Assembly (NCBI RefSeq): GCF_963921235.1
Contig: NC_086108.1
Coordinates: forward strand, 75,022,001 to 75,086,000
Length of the DNA: 64,000 nt
Reading direction: 5' to 3'
DNA from: Mobula hypostoma
Taxonomy: Eukaryota
The translations under genes and the position numbers were made by a program. The notes under the pieces were generated by a model that saw nothing but the letters and a program-made list of their open reading frames with translations, was not told the DNA's origin and did not search any database. Positions 38,355 through 50,935 of the stretch are shown here, piece by piece; positions within the stretch are counted from its first letter, which is position 1; each line of letters begins with the position of its first letter.

Positions 38355-40230
38355 CCACTCTTTAAGAAGTGAAGCAGGCAAAAGCGAGGAAATTATAGAC
38401 CAGTTAGACTGCCTTTGGTGGTTAGAAAGACTTTAGAGTCCATTATTAAGGATGAGGTTCAGGGTACTTGGAAGCACATGATAAAAGAAGCCAGAGACAG
38501 CGTGGTTTCCTTAAGGGGAGATCTTGTTGACAAATCTGTTGGAGTTCTTTGAGGAAGTAATAGGCAGGATAGACAAACGTGAATCAGTGGATGTTGTTTA
38601 TGTGGTTTACTTGCAGTATTTGACCAAGTGCTGCACATCAGGCTGCTAGAAAATAAGACAGGAGTCTATGGAAAAGTGCTAGCATGGATAGAAGATTTGG
38701 CGACTGGCTGAAGGTGAAGAGAAGGAATAACAGAGGTCTTTTCTTGGTTTTTAACGGAGGTTTTGTTCTGCAGGGATCAGAGTTGGGTCTGCTATTTTTC
38801 ACGTTATCTGTGCATGAACTGTATGTCTGAATTGATGGCTTTGTGGCCATGTTTGCAGATGATACAAAGATGGGTGGAGGGCAGCGGTGGGTTGTGTTGA
38901 GGAAGCAGGAAGTCCACAGAAGGACTGACAGGTTTGGACAATAGGCAATAAAGTGTCAGGTGGAATTTAGCACAGGGAACAGTATGGTCATGAATCTTCA
39001 TAGAAAGAATAAAGGCACAGACTATTTTTGAAATGGGAAGATAATTCAGAAATTGGAGTTGGAAAGGAACTTGGGAGTCCTAGAAGGTTAATTTGAAGAT
39101 TAAGTCAGTAACAAGGAAGGCAAATATATTGTTAGCATGCACTTTGAGAGCACTAGAATTTAAAAGATGTAATGCTGCAGCTTTATAGGGCTTTAGTCAG
39201 ACCAGATATGATGTACTATTAAAAGTTTTGGGCCCCATATCTAAGGAAGGATGTGATGGTGTTGGAGAGCACAGAGAAGAGGTTTATGACAATGATTCCG
39301 GGGATGAAAGAGTGAACATACAAAGAGCGTTTTATGGCTCTCAGCCTGTACTCAGAATTCAGAATTCTGGGGGTGGGGGCGAGGAAGATCTCACATTGAA
39401 ACCTACCAAATATTGAATGGCCTGGATAGATTGGACGTAGAGAGGATATTTCCTGTTGAGTGAGAGTCTTGGACCAGAGGGCAAAGGCTCAGACTAAAAG
39501 GATGTCGTTTCAGAGCAGAGATGAGGAGGAATTTCTTTGATGAGAGGGCGGTGAATCTGTGGAATTCATTGCCTCATATGGCTGAGGAGGCTAAGTCATT
39601 CGGTATATTTAATGTGGAGATTGATATGTTCTTGATTAGTAGGAGTGTCAAAAATTACAAAGAGAAGGCAGTTCTGATCACACACTATTGGAATGAGGTG
39701 TAGGCTTTGTAGAGGGTGCAGATGATCACTGGGATATTTGCTGGATCAGAGAGTATTGGCTGTAAGGAGTAGTTGGATGAACTTGTGGTATTTTCTCTAG
39801 TGTGTTGGAGACTGATGGGAGGTCTGACAGAAATTTATAAAATTATCTGAGGCATAGATAGGGTAGTCTATTTCTCGGTGGAAATGTTAACTGCTGGAGG
39901 GCATAGTCTCTTAGTTAGAGGGTGAAAAGTTTATGAGGCATTTATTGTTTTTACACAGAGATAGGTAGGTGCCTGGAATGTGCTGCCAGGGGAGATGATG
40001 GAAGCAGATATAAAGCAATGTTAAAGAAACATTCAGACAGACACAGGATGAGGCAGGGAATGGAGGGATATAGTCCATGAGCAATTTGGATGGTCATGGA
40101 CGGCTGTTCCTGTGCTTTACTGTTTCATGCTTGATGTTGTAAAGAGTTGAAAAGGAGTAATAAATCTCTCATGGTTGAATAGTGGAGCAGACTCAATGAG
40201 CCAAATTGATTAATTCTGCTCCTATGTTTT
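38355..40230 (+). mobile_element. Degraded CR1 fragments (two or three adjacent copies)
   Basis: AATTATAGACCAGTTAG (NYRPV), TTTGCAGATGATACAAAG (FADDTK), MRRNFFDERAVNLWNSLP. Confidence 0.88.
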
Positions 40231-41004
40231 ATGCCATTTGGCGCGCGTAGATTATGATGATGCATTAATATCCCTTCTGGATTAAGACCAGCAATGGTGT
40301 GTGCAGCTGCATGGTATTTAAACAAAACATTAGCCAATTAGTGATTTATCATGTAGCCATGTAGCTAGAATGACCTTGGAAGACTTGCTTTTGCAAGGAT
40401 TCTTTCAACACACAAATAGATCTCCCTGTTGTCTCTTTGAAATGCAGAATGCTATGGGAGGAGTCAACAGATGTTTGGTGGTATTGTATTACACAGAACA
40501 CTAAAATAATTGCATAACTGAACTGTAGCCTATTTTCATAGGCTGATTTTTTCAGTAAACCATACATATAAAAATCCATCTCAACGCTTCAATGGTGCAT
40601 TCTTCTGTTGCATAAATGAGAACATGTCTTACTCCAGCCATTTACAGCACACACAAATGCTCGTTCCCTTTTAGTCAAAAGTTGAAATAGACTTGCTGGA
40701 AAAGTTCTGTCAGCATTTCTATGGTCCATAGTGCCTTGGTGACATTACTCAGTCTGCAAATTGCACACATGAACATAACTTCCTCCAGCAGAGTCATAAA
40801 AACAGAGTTATACAACACCAAAAAGGCACTTTGGCCCATCTGATTATGCTTACCTAAGATAATGCCAGTACTTTGCTGATTTCAGTTAAACTGGCAATCG
40901 CCTTAGTGCTTCATGTTTGGCATGAAGTTTGTCTGGAACCAGTTTCCTGGCAACGCTTGGAATGACTATTGAAGGCCCCATTTTTATTATCATCTGTTGA
41001 TTCA

Positions 41005-41420
41005 AAGCTCAATGTTCAAAGTAAATTTATTATCAATGTACAAATATGTCACCATATACTATCTTGAGATTATTTTTCTCAGGAAAAAAAGACATACAGT
41101 AGAATTTAATGGAAAAAGCAATGCATAAACGGACAAAGATTGACAATCAATGTGCAAAAGAAGAAAAACTGCAATTAAAAATAATACTAACAACATAAGT
41201 TGTAAAGAGTTCTTGAAAATGGATCTGTAGGTTGTAGAATCAGTTCAGAGCTGTGGTGAGTGAAGTTATCCACACAGTTCAGGAGTCTGACTGTTGAAGG
41301 GTAATGACTGCTTCAGATCCAAGTGGTGTGGGACCTGAAGCTTCTGTACCGCCTGCCAGATAGTAGTAGTGAGAAGAGGGCATGTCCTGGGTGATGGGGT
41401 CTTTAATGACAGATGCTGGT
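41005..41420 (-). mobile_element. Rex1-type LINE 3' end, same family as 28310
   Basis: GTTCAAAGTAAATTTATTATCAA tail and shared 3' UTR with 28310-28720. Confidence 0.75.
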
Positions 41421-42624
41421 TAATAATTCAAGTGAAGTTTTGAAATCGTTTTATAGAATGATTTTAGAGCTTCACTTGGAGACCAGTTCATCTTCTCAAC
41501 ATACATCTACAGGTTTGCTTTAGCACCATATTTTTTCCAGAGTCATTTAAGCAACGTTGTTGGTTGTTGCCAAGAAAACCTCACCTAAAAGATGCAGTAT
41601 GAGTAACTGGCTTTCACAACCATCATCAATCAATTCATGTAACAATCCAGCAGAACATCAGCTTGAACAATAAACACATTTTCCAGTGGATTTCCAGTCT
41701 TGTTATCTGATTTATAGTTATAAAACAGTAAATGATCACATAGGATAGTTCATTATAATTATGGGTACTGCACTGGCCACCTTTGCATACCAGACATTAC
41801 CAAGAATTCAAAATCCTACTCTGAATAAATTTTAAGACTGATCTCTTTCTTCACTAAAGCTAGGTAAATGAATTAATTATGTGTTCCCTTCTCTCAGTCA
41901 GGGTTGTAGCTATGAAAACCTGACGACTCACACTGCAGTCGCTCTTTGCATAAATGCAAAACAAAGTAAATTCTGTGTCATTCGCTTTGTGTAATACTGT
42001 AGAATCCTTCTTTGTGACTTCCTCCTGGAATTTCGTTCTCTATCTGTTGATGTTGCTTTCATGACTGCACTCTCCTTGCATTTCATTTCACAGGATATTT
42101 TTCTTCTCCGATAAGAGTGGCATTAGGACACTTCAGAAGAATAATTGTGAAAGGAGCAACTACCAACACATCTATAACAGTGTCTCCTGCCACCTGCAGT
42201 CATATCATGCTGTCTTCCTCTCTGGTCCAAAGCTTTAAGAATTCTCCTTTAAATGTAGGCTACTGTCACATTTATGTCCGGCACAAGACTGGAGTCTCCA
42301 TGGAAATCACAATCCACATAGTAAATTATTTTTTAGTCTGTGCGTGGCAACTCCAATTGTATCATTTCATTTCTTAGTCCACAAATAAACCAGCCCCTGA
42401 AGTGCACAATGTAGATACTTCCTGAAGTTACAATAACTTGAAACAATATAACCACTGACAACTTCTCCCAGTTTTTGATCGCATGTACTAAATTTATAGC
42501 CAACTCAACTGAGGATCACAGCAACCTTCCAACCTCCAAGCTACCTCCGTCAACTACATATTTCTATGTTTCTGCTGAGGTACCATGTCTATGAGTGTGT
42601 GATACATTTTATAACCTGTTCCAT

Positions 42625-44970
42625 TGAAGCCTTGCATGCCTCAGTCTCCTGGAAAGTGTAGACACTGCTGTGCCTTCTTGACTAATAAGGCGGTGCTGTG
42701 GCTCCAGGTTCGATTGTCTGTTATGTACACACCAAGGAACTTTGTGCTCTTCACCCTCTCCACGGCAGAGCCATTGATGTGCAGTGGAGAGTGGTTGACC
42801 TGTGCCTTCCTGAAGTGCACAATCATCTGTCTTGTCTTGTCTACACTGAGACTCAGGTTGTTGTTCTCACACCATTTGACAAGCCTCTCTACCTTCTCTC
42901 TGTATCCCGGCTCATCGTGGTTGCTAATGAGACCAACAACTGTAGTACCCTCAGTGAAACTGATGATGTGCTTTGAGCTGAATCTGAAAGGCAGTCATGA
43001 GTCAACAGCATGAACAGCAGTGGAGGACACATACAACCCCGGGGGGGGGGGCGACAGCGTGAACAGCAGTGGAGGACACATACAACCCCGGGGGGGGGGG
43101 GGCAACAGCATGAACAGCAGTGGAGGACACATACAACCCCGGGGGGGGGGGGGCAACAGCATGAACAGCAGTGGAGGACACATACAACCCCAGGGGGGGG
43201 CAACAGCATGAACAGCAGTGGAGGACACATACAACCCCGGGGGGGGGGGCGACAGCATGAACAGCAGTGGAGGACACATACAACCCCGGGGGGGGGGGGA
43301 AACAGCATGAACAGCAGTGGAGGGCACATACAACCCCGGGGGGGGGGGCGACAGCATGAACAGCAGTGGGACACATACAACCCCGGGGGGGGGCACGCAT
43401 TAACAGCAGTGGAGGACACATACAACCCCGGGGGGGGGGCACGCATGAACAGCAGTGGAGGACACATACAACCCCGGGGGGTGGGGGGGGGGCGACAGCA
43501 TGAACAGCAGTGGAGGACACATACAACCCTGGGGGGGCGGGGGGGGCGACAGCATGAACAGCAGTGGAGGACACATACAACCCCGAGGGGTGGGGGGGGG
43601 TGACAGCATGAACAGCAGTGGAGGACACATACAACCCCGGGGGGTGGGGGGGCGACAGCATGAACAGCAGTGGAGGACACATACAACCCCAGGGGGGCGG
43701 GGGGGCGACAGCATGAACAGCAGTGGAGGACACATACAACCCCGGGGGGTGGGGACAGCATGAACAGCAGTGGAGGGCACATACAACCCCGGGGGGGTGG
43801 GGGGGGCGACAGCATGAACAGCAGTGGAGGACACATACAACCCCGGGGGGGTGGGGGGGGGGTGACAGCAGTGGAGGACACATACAACCCCGGGGGGGTG
43901 GGGGGGCGACAGCATGAACAGCAGTGGAGGACACATACAACCCCAGGGGGGCGGGGGGGCGACAGCATGAACAGCAGTGGAGGACACATACAACCCCGGG
44001 GGGTGGGGACAGCATGAACAGCAGTGGAGGACACATACAACCCCAGGGGGGCGGGGGGGCGACAGCATGAACAGCAGTGGAGGACACATACAACCCCGGG
44101 GGGGGGGCACGCATGAACAGCAGTGGAGGACACATACAACCCCGGGGGGGGGGCGCGCATGAACAGCAGTGGAGGACACATACAACCCCGGGGGGGGGGG
44201 CGACAGCATGAACAGCAGTGGAGGACACATACAACCCGGGGGGGGGGGGGGGAGGCGCGCACCAGTGCTCAGCGTGGTGGAGCTTGAGATGTTGCTACCA
44301 ACTCAGACTGACTGGGATCTCTCTGTTAAGAAGTCCAAGATCCAGTTGCAGAGGGGGGTGTTGAGTCCCAAAGAGGACAGTTTACCCACCAGCCTCTGAG
44401 GGATGATCATGTTAAACGATGAGCTGAAGTCGATGAACAATGTTCTAGTGTACAAGGTATCGTTTTCTCGGTGAGACAGGGCGGAATGGAGGGCCAAGGC
44501 TATGGTATCATCAGTGGACCAGAAGGCCAAATGGAAAGGGTCCAATGTAGCTTGAAGGTGTGATTTTCTACAATCTGTTACCAGCTGCTCAAAGCAGTTC
44601 ATACTTATTGAAGTCAGTGCCACTGGGTGGTAATTATTTTGACCAGTTACCATTGCTCTCTTGGGCATGGGAATGATGGCGGCTGCCTTAAATCCTGCGG
44701 GGACAATGTTTCAGAGAGATTTTAAAGATCTCCGTTAGAGATCTCTGCTACCTGAACTACATAGTCCCTCAGCATAGAAAGCATTCTGCCTTTCAAGAAG
44801 GGAGGCATCACTGTCCTTGACGCATTGGGTAGACTTATAATTGGTTACGGTTTGGATACCTTGCCACATGTGCCGTGTGGCCCTGGTGTCACAAAGGGGT
44901 CTGTGGATTTTCTGTGTGTACTCATGCTTTGCCTTCCTGATGGCACGGAAGAGCATGGCTCTTGCTGACC
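42625..44970 (-). mobile_element. Rex1/Babar LINE fragment containing a 1.25-kb minisatellite
   Basis: NNYHPVALTSISMNCFEQLV, TLFIDFSSSFNMIIP, WILDFLTERSQSV (44303-44668); LLTHDC; VKSTKFLGVYITDNRTWS (42641-42826). Confidence 0.92.
43004..44252. repeat. G-rich minisatellite, about 25 units of ~45-57 bp
   Basis: Constant core ACAGCATGAACAGCAGTGGAGGACACATACAACCCC followed by variable poly-G tracts; I counted 25 ACATACAACCC cores. Confidence 0.97.
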
Positions 44971-45299
44971 TTAGATGTTTCCAATTCCTTCACTGCTGCA
45001 TCCTATACCTGAATGTTTCAGTGCTGTCTCAGAACTATTGTAGAGCTTGAAAGACACCTCCATCCTTTCGATGTAGGATACAATTAATTCACTGGGCTTG
45101 TTAGGCACCCCAGGCTGAACTATTAAACTGGCTTGTTCTAAGCTGGTGATTTTTTTTCCTGTTATAGCAAGTAGATACTACCAAACAACATGGCAGTATC
45201 TACATGCTATAATGGGCTACCAAACAAAGTAACGCAGTATCACCAATAATAGCATGTCCCTTCCTGATGAATTACATATTCTGTGCATACTTTGAATGG

Positions 45300-48200
45300 G
45301 TATGTCCCACCCTCCCCGACAGCCTTCAGTGTACTTGAACCCACAGTCAATATTGCAAACCATAGAACCATAGAAACTACAGCACAGAAACAGGCCTTTT
45401 GGCCCTTCTTGGCTGTGCCGAACCATTTTCTGCCTAGTCCCACTGACCTGCACACGGACCATATCCCTCCATACACATCCCACCCATGCATCTGGCCAAT
45501 TTATTCTTACATGTTAAAAAAGAACCCGCATTTACCACCTCGTCTGGCAGCTCATTCCATACTCCCACCACTCTCTGTGTGAAGAAGCCCCCACTAATGT
45601 TCCCTTTAAACTTTTCCCCCCTCACCCTTAACCCATGTCCTCTGGTTTTTTTCTCCCCTTGCCTCAGTGGAAAAAGCCTGCTTGCATTCACTCTATCTAT
45701 ACCCATCATAATTTTATATACCTCTATCAAATCTCCCCTCATTCTTCTACGCTCCAGGGAATAAAGTCCTAACCTATTCAACCTTTCTCTGTAACTGAGT
45801 TTCTCAAGTCCCGGCAACATCCTTGTGAACCTTCTCTGCACTCTTTCAACCTTATTTATATCCTTCCTGTAATTTGGTGACCAAAACTGAACACAATACT
45901 CCAGATTCAGTCTCACCAATGCCTTATACAACCTCATCATAACATTCCAGCTCTTATACTCAAGCTTTGATTAATAAAGGCCAATGTACCAAAAGCTCTC
46001 TTTATGACCCTATCTACCTGTGACGCCTCTTTTAGGGAATTTTGTATCTGTATTCCCAGATCCCTCTGTTCCACTGCACTCCTCAGTGCCTTACTATTAA
46101 CCCTGTATGTTCTACCTTGGTTTGTCCTTCCAACATGCAATACCTCACACTTGTCTGTATTAAACTCCATCTGCCATTTTTCAGCCCATTTTTCCAGCTG
46201 GTCCAAGTCCCTCTGCAGGCTCTGAAAACCTTCCTCACTGTCTACTACACCTCCAATCTTTGTATCATCAGCAAATTTGCTGATCCAATTTACCACATTA
46301 TCATCCAGGTCATTGATATAGATGATAAATAACAATGGACCCAGCACTGATCCCTGTGGCACACCACTAGTCACAGGCCTCCACTCGGAGAAGCAATTCT
46401 CTACTACCACTCTTTGGCTTCTTCCATTGAGCCAATGTCCAATCCAATTTACCACCTCTCCATGTATACCTAGCGACTGAATTTTCCTAACTAACCTCCC
46501 ATGCAGGACCTTGTCAAAGGCCTTACTGAAGTCCATGTAGACAATATCCACTGCTTTCCCTTCATCCACTTTCCTGGTAACCTCCTCAAAAAACTCCAAT
46601 AGATTGGTCAAACATGACCTACCACGCACAAAGCCATGTTGACTCTTCCTAATAAGTCCCTGTCTATCCAAATGCTTGTAGATTCTGTCTCTTAGTACTC
46701 CCTCCAATAACTTACCTACTACCGACGTTAAATTTACTGGCCTATAATTTCCCGGATTACTTTTCGATCCTTTTTTAAACAACGGAACAACATGAGCCAC
46801 TCTCCAATCCTCCGGCACCTCACCTGTAGACAGCGACATTTTAAATATTTCTGCCAGGGCCCTTGCAATTTCAACACTAGTCTCCTTCAACGTCCGAGGA
46901 AACATTCTGTCAGGTCCCGGGGATTTATCCACTTTAATTTTCCTCAAGACAGCAAGGACCTCCTCCTTTTCGATCTGTACAGTTTCCATGATCTCACTAC
47001 TTGTTTCCCTTAATTCCATAGACTTCATGCCAGTTTCCTTAGTAAATACAGACGCAAAAAACCTATTTAAGATCTCCCCCATTTCCTTTGGTTCCGCACA
47101 TAGCCGACCACTCTGATCTTCAAGAGGACCAATTTTATCCCTTACAATCCTTTTGCTCTTAATATACCTGTAAAAGCTCTTTGGATTATCCTTCACTTTG
47201 ACTGCCAAGGCAACCTCATGTCTTCTTTTAGCCCTCCTGATTTCTTTCTTAAGTATTTTCTTGCACTTCTTATACTCCTCAAGCACCTTATTTACTCCAT
47301 GCTTCCTATACATGTCATACAACTCCCTCTTCTTCTTTATCAGAGTTGCAATATCCCTTGAGAACCAAGGTTCCTTATTCCTATTCACTTTGCCTTTAAT
47401 CCTGATAGGAACATACAAATTCTGCACTCTCAAAATTCCTCCTTTGAAGGCTTCCCACCTACCGATCACATCCTTGCCAGAGAACAACCTGTCCCAATCC
47501 ACACTTTTTAGATCCTTTCTCATTTCTTCAAATTTGGCCTTCTTCCAGTTAAGAACCTCAACCCTAGGACCAGATCTATCCTTGTCCATGATCAAGTTGA
47601 AACTAATGGTGTAATGATCACTGGAACCAAAGTGTTCCCCTACACAGACTTCTGTCACTTGTCCTAACACGTTTCCTAACAGGAGATCCAATATTGCATC
47701 CCCTCTAGTTGGTCCTTCTATATATTGATTTAGAAAACTTTCCTGAACACATTTTACAAACTCTAAACCACCTAGACCCCTAACAGTATGGGAGTCCCAA
47801 TCAATATATGGAAAATTAAAATCCCCTACCACCACAAACATTAGACCGGCCTTCCATTGAGCAAACTGGCAGAAAGCATCTAGCCCAGATGGTATCCCTG
47901 GCTTTGACTTTAGATCCTGTGCAGACCAGCTGGCGGGAGTATTTTCAAGAATTTTTAACCTCTTCCTGCTTCAATCCTACTTTAAGGTGAGTACTGTCAT
48001 CCTGGTACCTAAGAAAAACAAGATAATGTGCCACAACAGTTACCACTCATGAAGTGCTGCCGGCGGCTGATCATGACACCTATTAACTCCAGCTCCCAGG
48101 CAACCTCAACCCACTTACCAGCAAAACAGGTCTACGGTAGAGGCCATCTCCCTGGTCCTACACTCATCTCTGCAGCATGTGAATAGCAAAGTCACCTATG

Positions 48201-49350
48201 TCAGACTACTGCTATTGGCTGTAGCTCTGCCTTCATTACTATAATTCCAAGCAAACTCAGCACCAACCTCTGGACCCTGGGAGCCAATGCCTCCCTCTGC
48301 AACTAGAACCTTGACATCCTGACCAACAGACTGCAATCAGTAATGAAAGGTAGCAACACTTCCACTATGATTATTCTAAACACTGTTTCTCTATGAGGTT
48401 TGGTCCTCAACTCCCCTATTCTGCTCCCTGTACACGCAAAGCTGTGTGGTCAGATTCTGCTCTAAATCCATCCTCAAGTTTACAGATGATATCACAGTAT
48501 GATGTACCAGAGTACAGGAGCGAGATGGAGAGCTTAATATCATGGTGTCATAACAACGACCTTCCCCTCAATGTTAACAAAACAAAAGAGCTGGCCGAGA
48601 GCTTCAGGAAAGGATGCAGTGTACATGCTCTTGTCTACATCAATGGTATTGTGGTTGGCAGAGTTGAGAGCTTCAAGTTTCTAGGAATGATGATTATCTG
48701 CACTGGTCCAACCACGTTGATGCTACGGCCAAGAAAAGTCACCAATACTCCTATCTCTTCAGAGATTATAGAAATCAGGCATGTTCACGTTGACCCTCAC
48801 CAATTTTTATCAATGTACCAGACAAAACATCCCATCAAAAACATCACAGCTTGATATGACAATTGCTCTGCATGTGACTGCAAGAAACTGCAGAGTTGTG
48901 GACACAGCTCAACACATCACAGAAACAGCCTTCCTTCTGTGGACTCTCTATTTCTCTCTACCTCAGTAAAGCAGCCAGCATGTTCAAACACCCCCACACA
49001 CACGTCCAGACTCTTCTCCACTCTTCCATGGGGCCGAAGATAAAAAGCCTGAAAGTATGCAACACTGTGTTCAAAAACAGCTTCTTCCATGCTGTTACAG
49101 TATAACTGATTCCTTAGCATAATAAGATAGACTCGTGACCTGACCGTCTACCCTTGTTATGAGCTTGTACCTTATTGTTCACTGCATTGCTCGTTCTCTG
49201 TAGCTGTTACACTTTATTCTCCATTGTTATTGCTTTACCTTATTCTGCCTCAATGCACAGCGTATTGATCTGATATGTGTGATCAGTATGCATGACGCAT
49301 TTTCCTGTATCTCAGCACATGTGACAGTAATGAACCAATTCCAATTCCTG
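45300..49350 (+). mobile_element. Degraded Rex1/Babar LINE (45300-45360 plus 47840-49350), host of the CR1
   Basis: Removing the CR1 joins PTVNIAN|IRPAF...KASSPDGIPG; later CADQLAGVF and WCHNNDLPLNVNKTKEL, VESFKFLG; tail CCAATTCCAATTCC. Confidence 0.85.
45361..47834 (-). mobile_element. Young CR1 LINE, 5'-truncated; 634-aa ORF2 segment plus frameshifted C-terminus; inserted in a Rex1
   Basis: VVGDFNFPYIDW, LDLLL, GSSDH (APE endonuclease C-terminus), NYRPVNLTS, YMDFSKAFDKV, GVPQGSVLGP, KFADDTK; (CATAGAAC)n tail; CAAAC at both ends (45356-60, 47835-39). Confidence 0.97.
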
Positions 49351-50364
49351 TTCCAAATCCAGCACTCAAGCTTCCTGTGAGTTTCAATTTTAGTTTCTGT
49401 CTGTTCCATTGCTTGCTGCCTTATGGTTGGTGCAGTTTGAGGAGCAAGGCCTGATGCTCCACAATGAAAAGCAGCTGGCTGAAACACTCTCATGTCCCTT
49501 TGCTTGGAACTGCAGAATGGACACAAATAAATTTAAGCAGTTTATAGTTAAGAGAGTCAACCTTTGGGGTCTGTATTCTGCCACTGACTTTGCTGTTTCT
49601 GTTATAACCATGCTGTTTTACAGAACGTTCAAGGGAAGTATATTTTATTAAAGGTACATTGTTGATTTTATTTTACTTCTCCTTTGAGTTCCCACCCTCC
49701 TCATCACCAGTCCTAAAGTGCTGAATCTGATACTACTGGAATGCTGTTGTAAGGGTTTCAAAAAAGGGTGTTTATTCTAACTTATATCTACCATCGACCA
49801 CTGAAAATTGAAAACAGGAAATTAAAAGAAAGGAAATTCATTCTCTTAAATGAGAGAGTCTGATGGAAAATCATTTTGGTTTTCTTTATGAAAACTTAGA
49901 TAAAAGTTGTTCCAAAATGTTCTGTGTGGCTTTGAAATTGGAAACAGCTTTGTCAAATTTTGTGCCATCCTGATTTTCCAAAAGAGTAAAATCAAAACAT
50001 AACTTTTAAATCCATCCATATATATGAGTCATTGCTTCACACTTAATTATACTATACAGCAGACTGAACATTGAAGGAATTGTCTCATTTGTGGCCAGTT
50101 AAGTCACCTCGAGTTGAAAATATGGCTCTTTAGCCATAATTATCATCCAAGTGCAATTAATGACTAACTATTTGTTTTTCACATAATAAGGAAAAGGTAG
50201 GTGTTAATTGTGTTAACAAGCTGAAGATTAGCAACTGAGCAAGAAAAATATGTGACACTCAACATTCCCCTTGAATGGTTCGGTCCACGTGCACACAATT
50301 TAGATGGAAGTATAGAAGGAACAAAGCAAAATTTTGTAATAACCTATTTTTTTCTACAGCAAGG

Positions 50365-50935
50365 CTGTAGAACTTGAGGAACTGAGTTACAGGGAAAGGT
50401 TGACTCTGAGGGAAAGGGCTTCCCTAGGGTGTAGGAGAATGAGGGGCCTGCTACAGAAGGATGTTGGAGTTGCTGTGAGAAGATGTGTGCAATCTAACAG
50501 TGAGTGATTGTCTTGAACATTTTTCTTGTGTTTTCATGTATGGTTGAATGACAATTAAACTTGAACTTGATTTGATAGAGGTATACAACATTATGAGGGG
50601 CATAAATCAGGTAAGTGAAAGCAGGCAATTTCTACTAAGGTTGGGTGAGTCTAGAACTGGAGGTCACAGGTTAAGGGTGAAAGGTGAAATGTTTAAGGGG
50701 AAAATGAGGGGGAGCTTCTTCACTCAGAGGGTGGTGAGAGTGTGGATTGAGCTGCCAGTGAATATGATGGATGCAGGTTTGATTTCAATATTTACAAGAA
50801 ATTAGGATAGGTACATGGATGGGAGGGGTATGGAGGGCTGTGTACTGGGAGCAGGTCAAATAGACTAGGGAGATTAATAGTTTGGCACAGACTTAATGGG
50901 CTGAAGAGGCTGTTTGTGTGCTGTAGTACTCTATG
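50365..50935 (+). mobile_element. CR1 3' fragment with a small internal insert
   Basis: DLIEVYNIMRG...FFTQRVVRVWIELP (ORF 50548-50805). Confidence 0.85.

Noticed and set aside
43004..44252. CRISPR-like array (constant ~36-nt repeat with variable intervening sequence)
   Set aside because: The intervening parts are only poly-G tracts, not unique spacers; there are no cas genes; the context is eukaryotic; the unit derives from the LINE RT motif.
42889..44262. Pro/Cys-rich 457-, 410- and 276-aa ORFs resembling keratin-associated or metallothionein-like proteins
   Set aside because: Open in all three frames because the minisatellite unit lacks stops; embedded in a dead LINE.
45937..47841. 634-aa RT ORF as an active or domesticated gene
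   Set aside because: 5'-truncated within the endonuclease, frameshifted near 45965, no promoter or ORF1; a typical young dead-on-arrival CR1.
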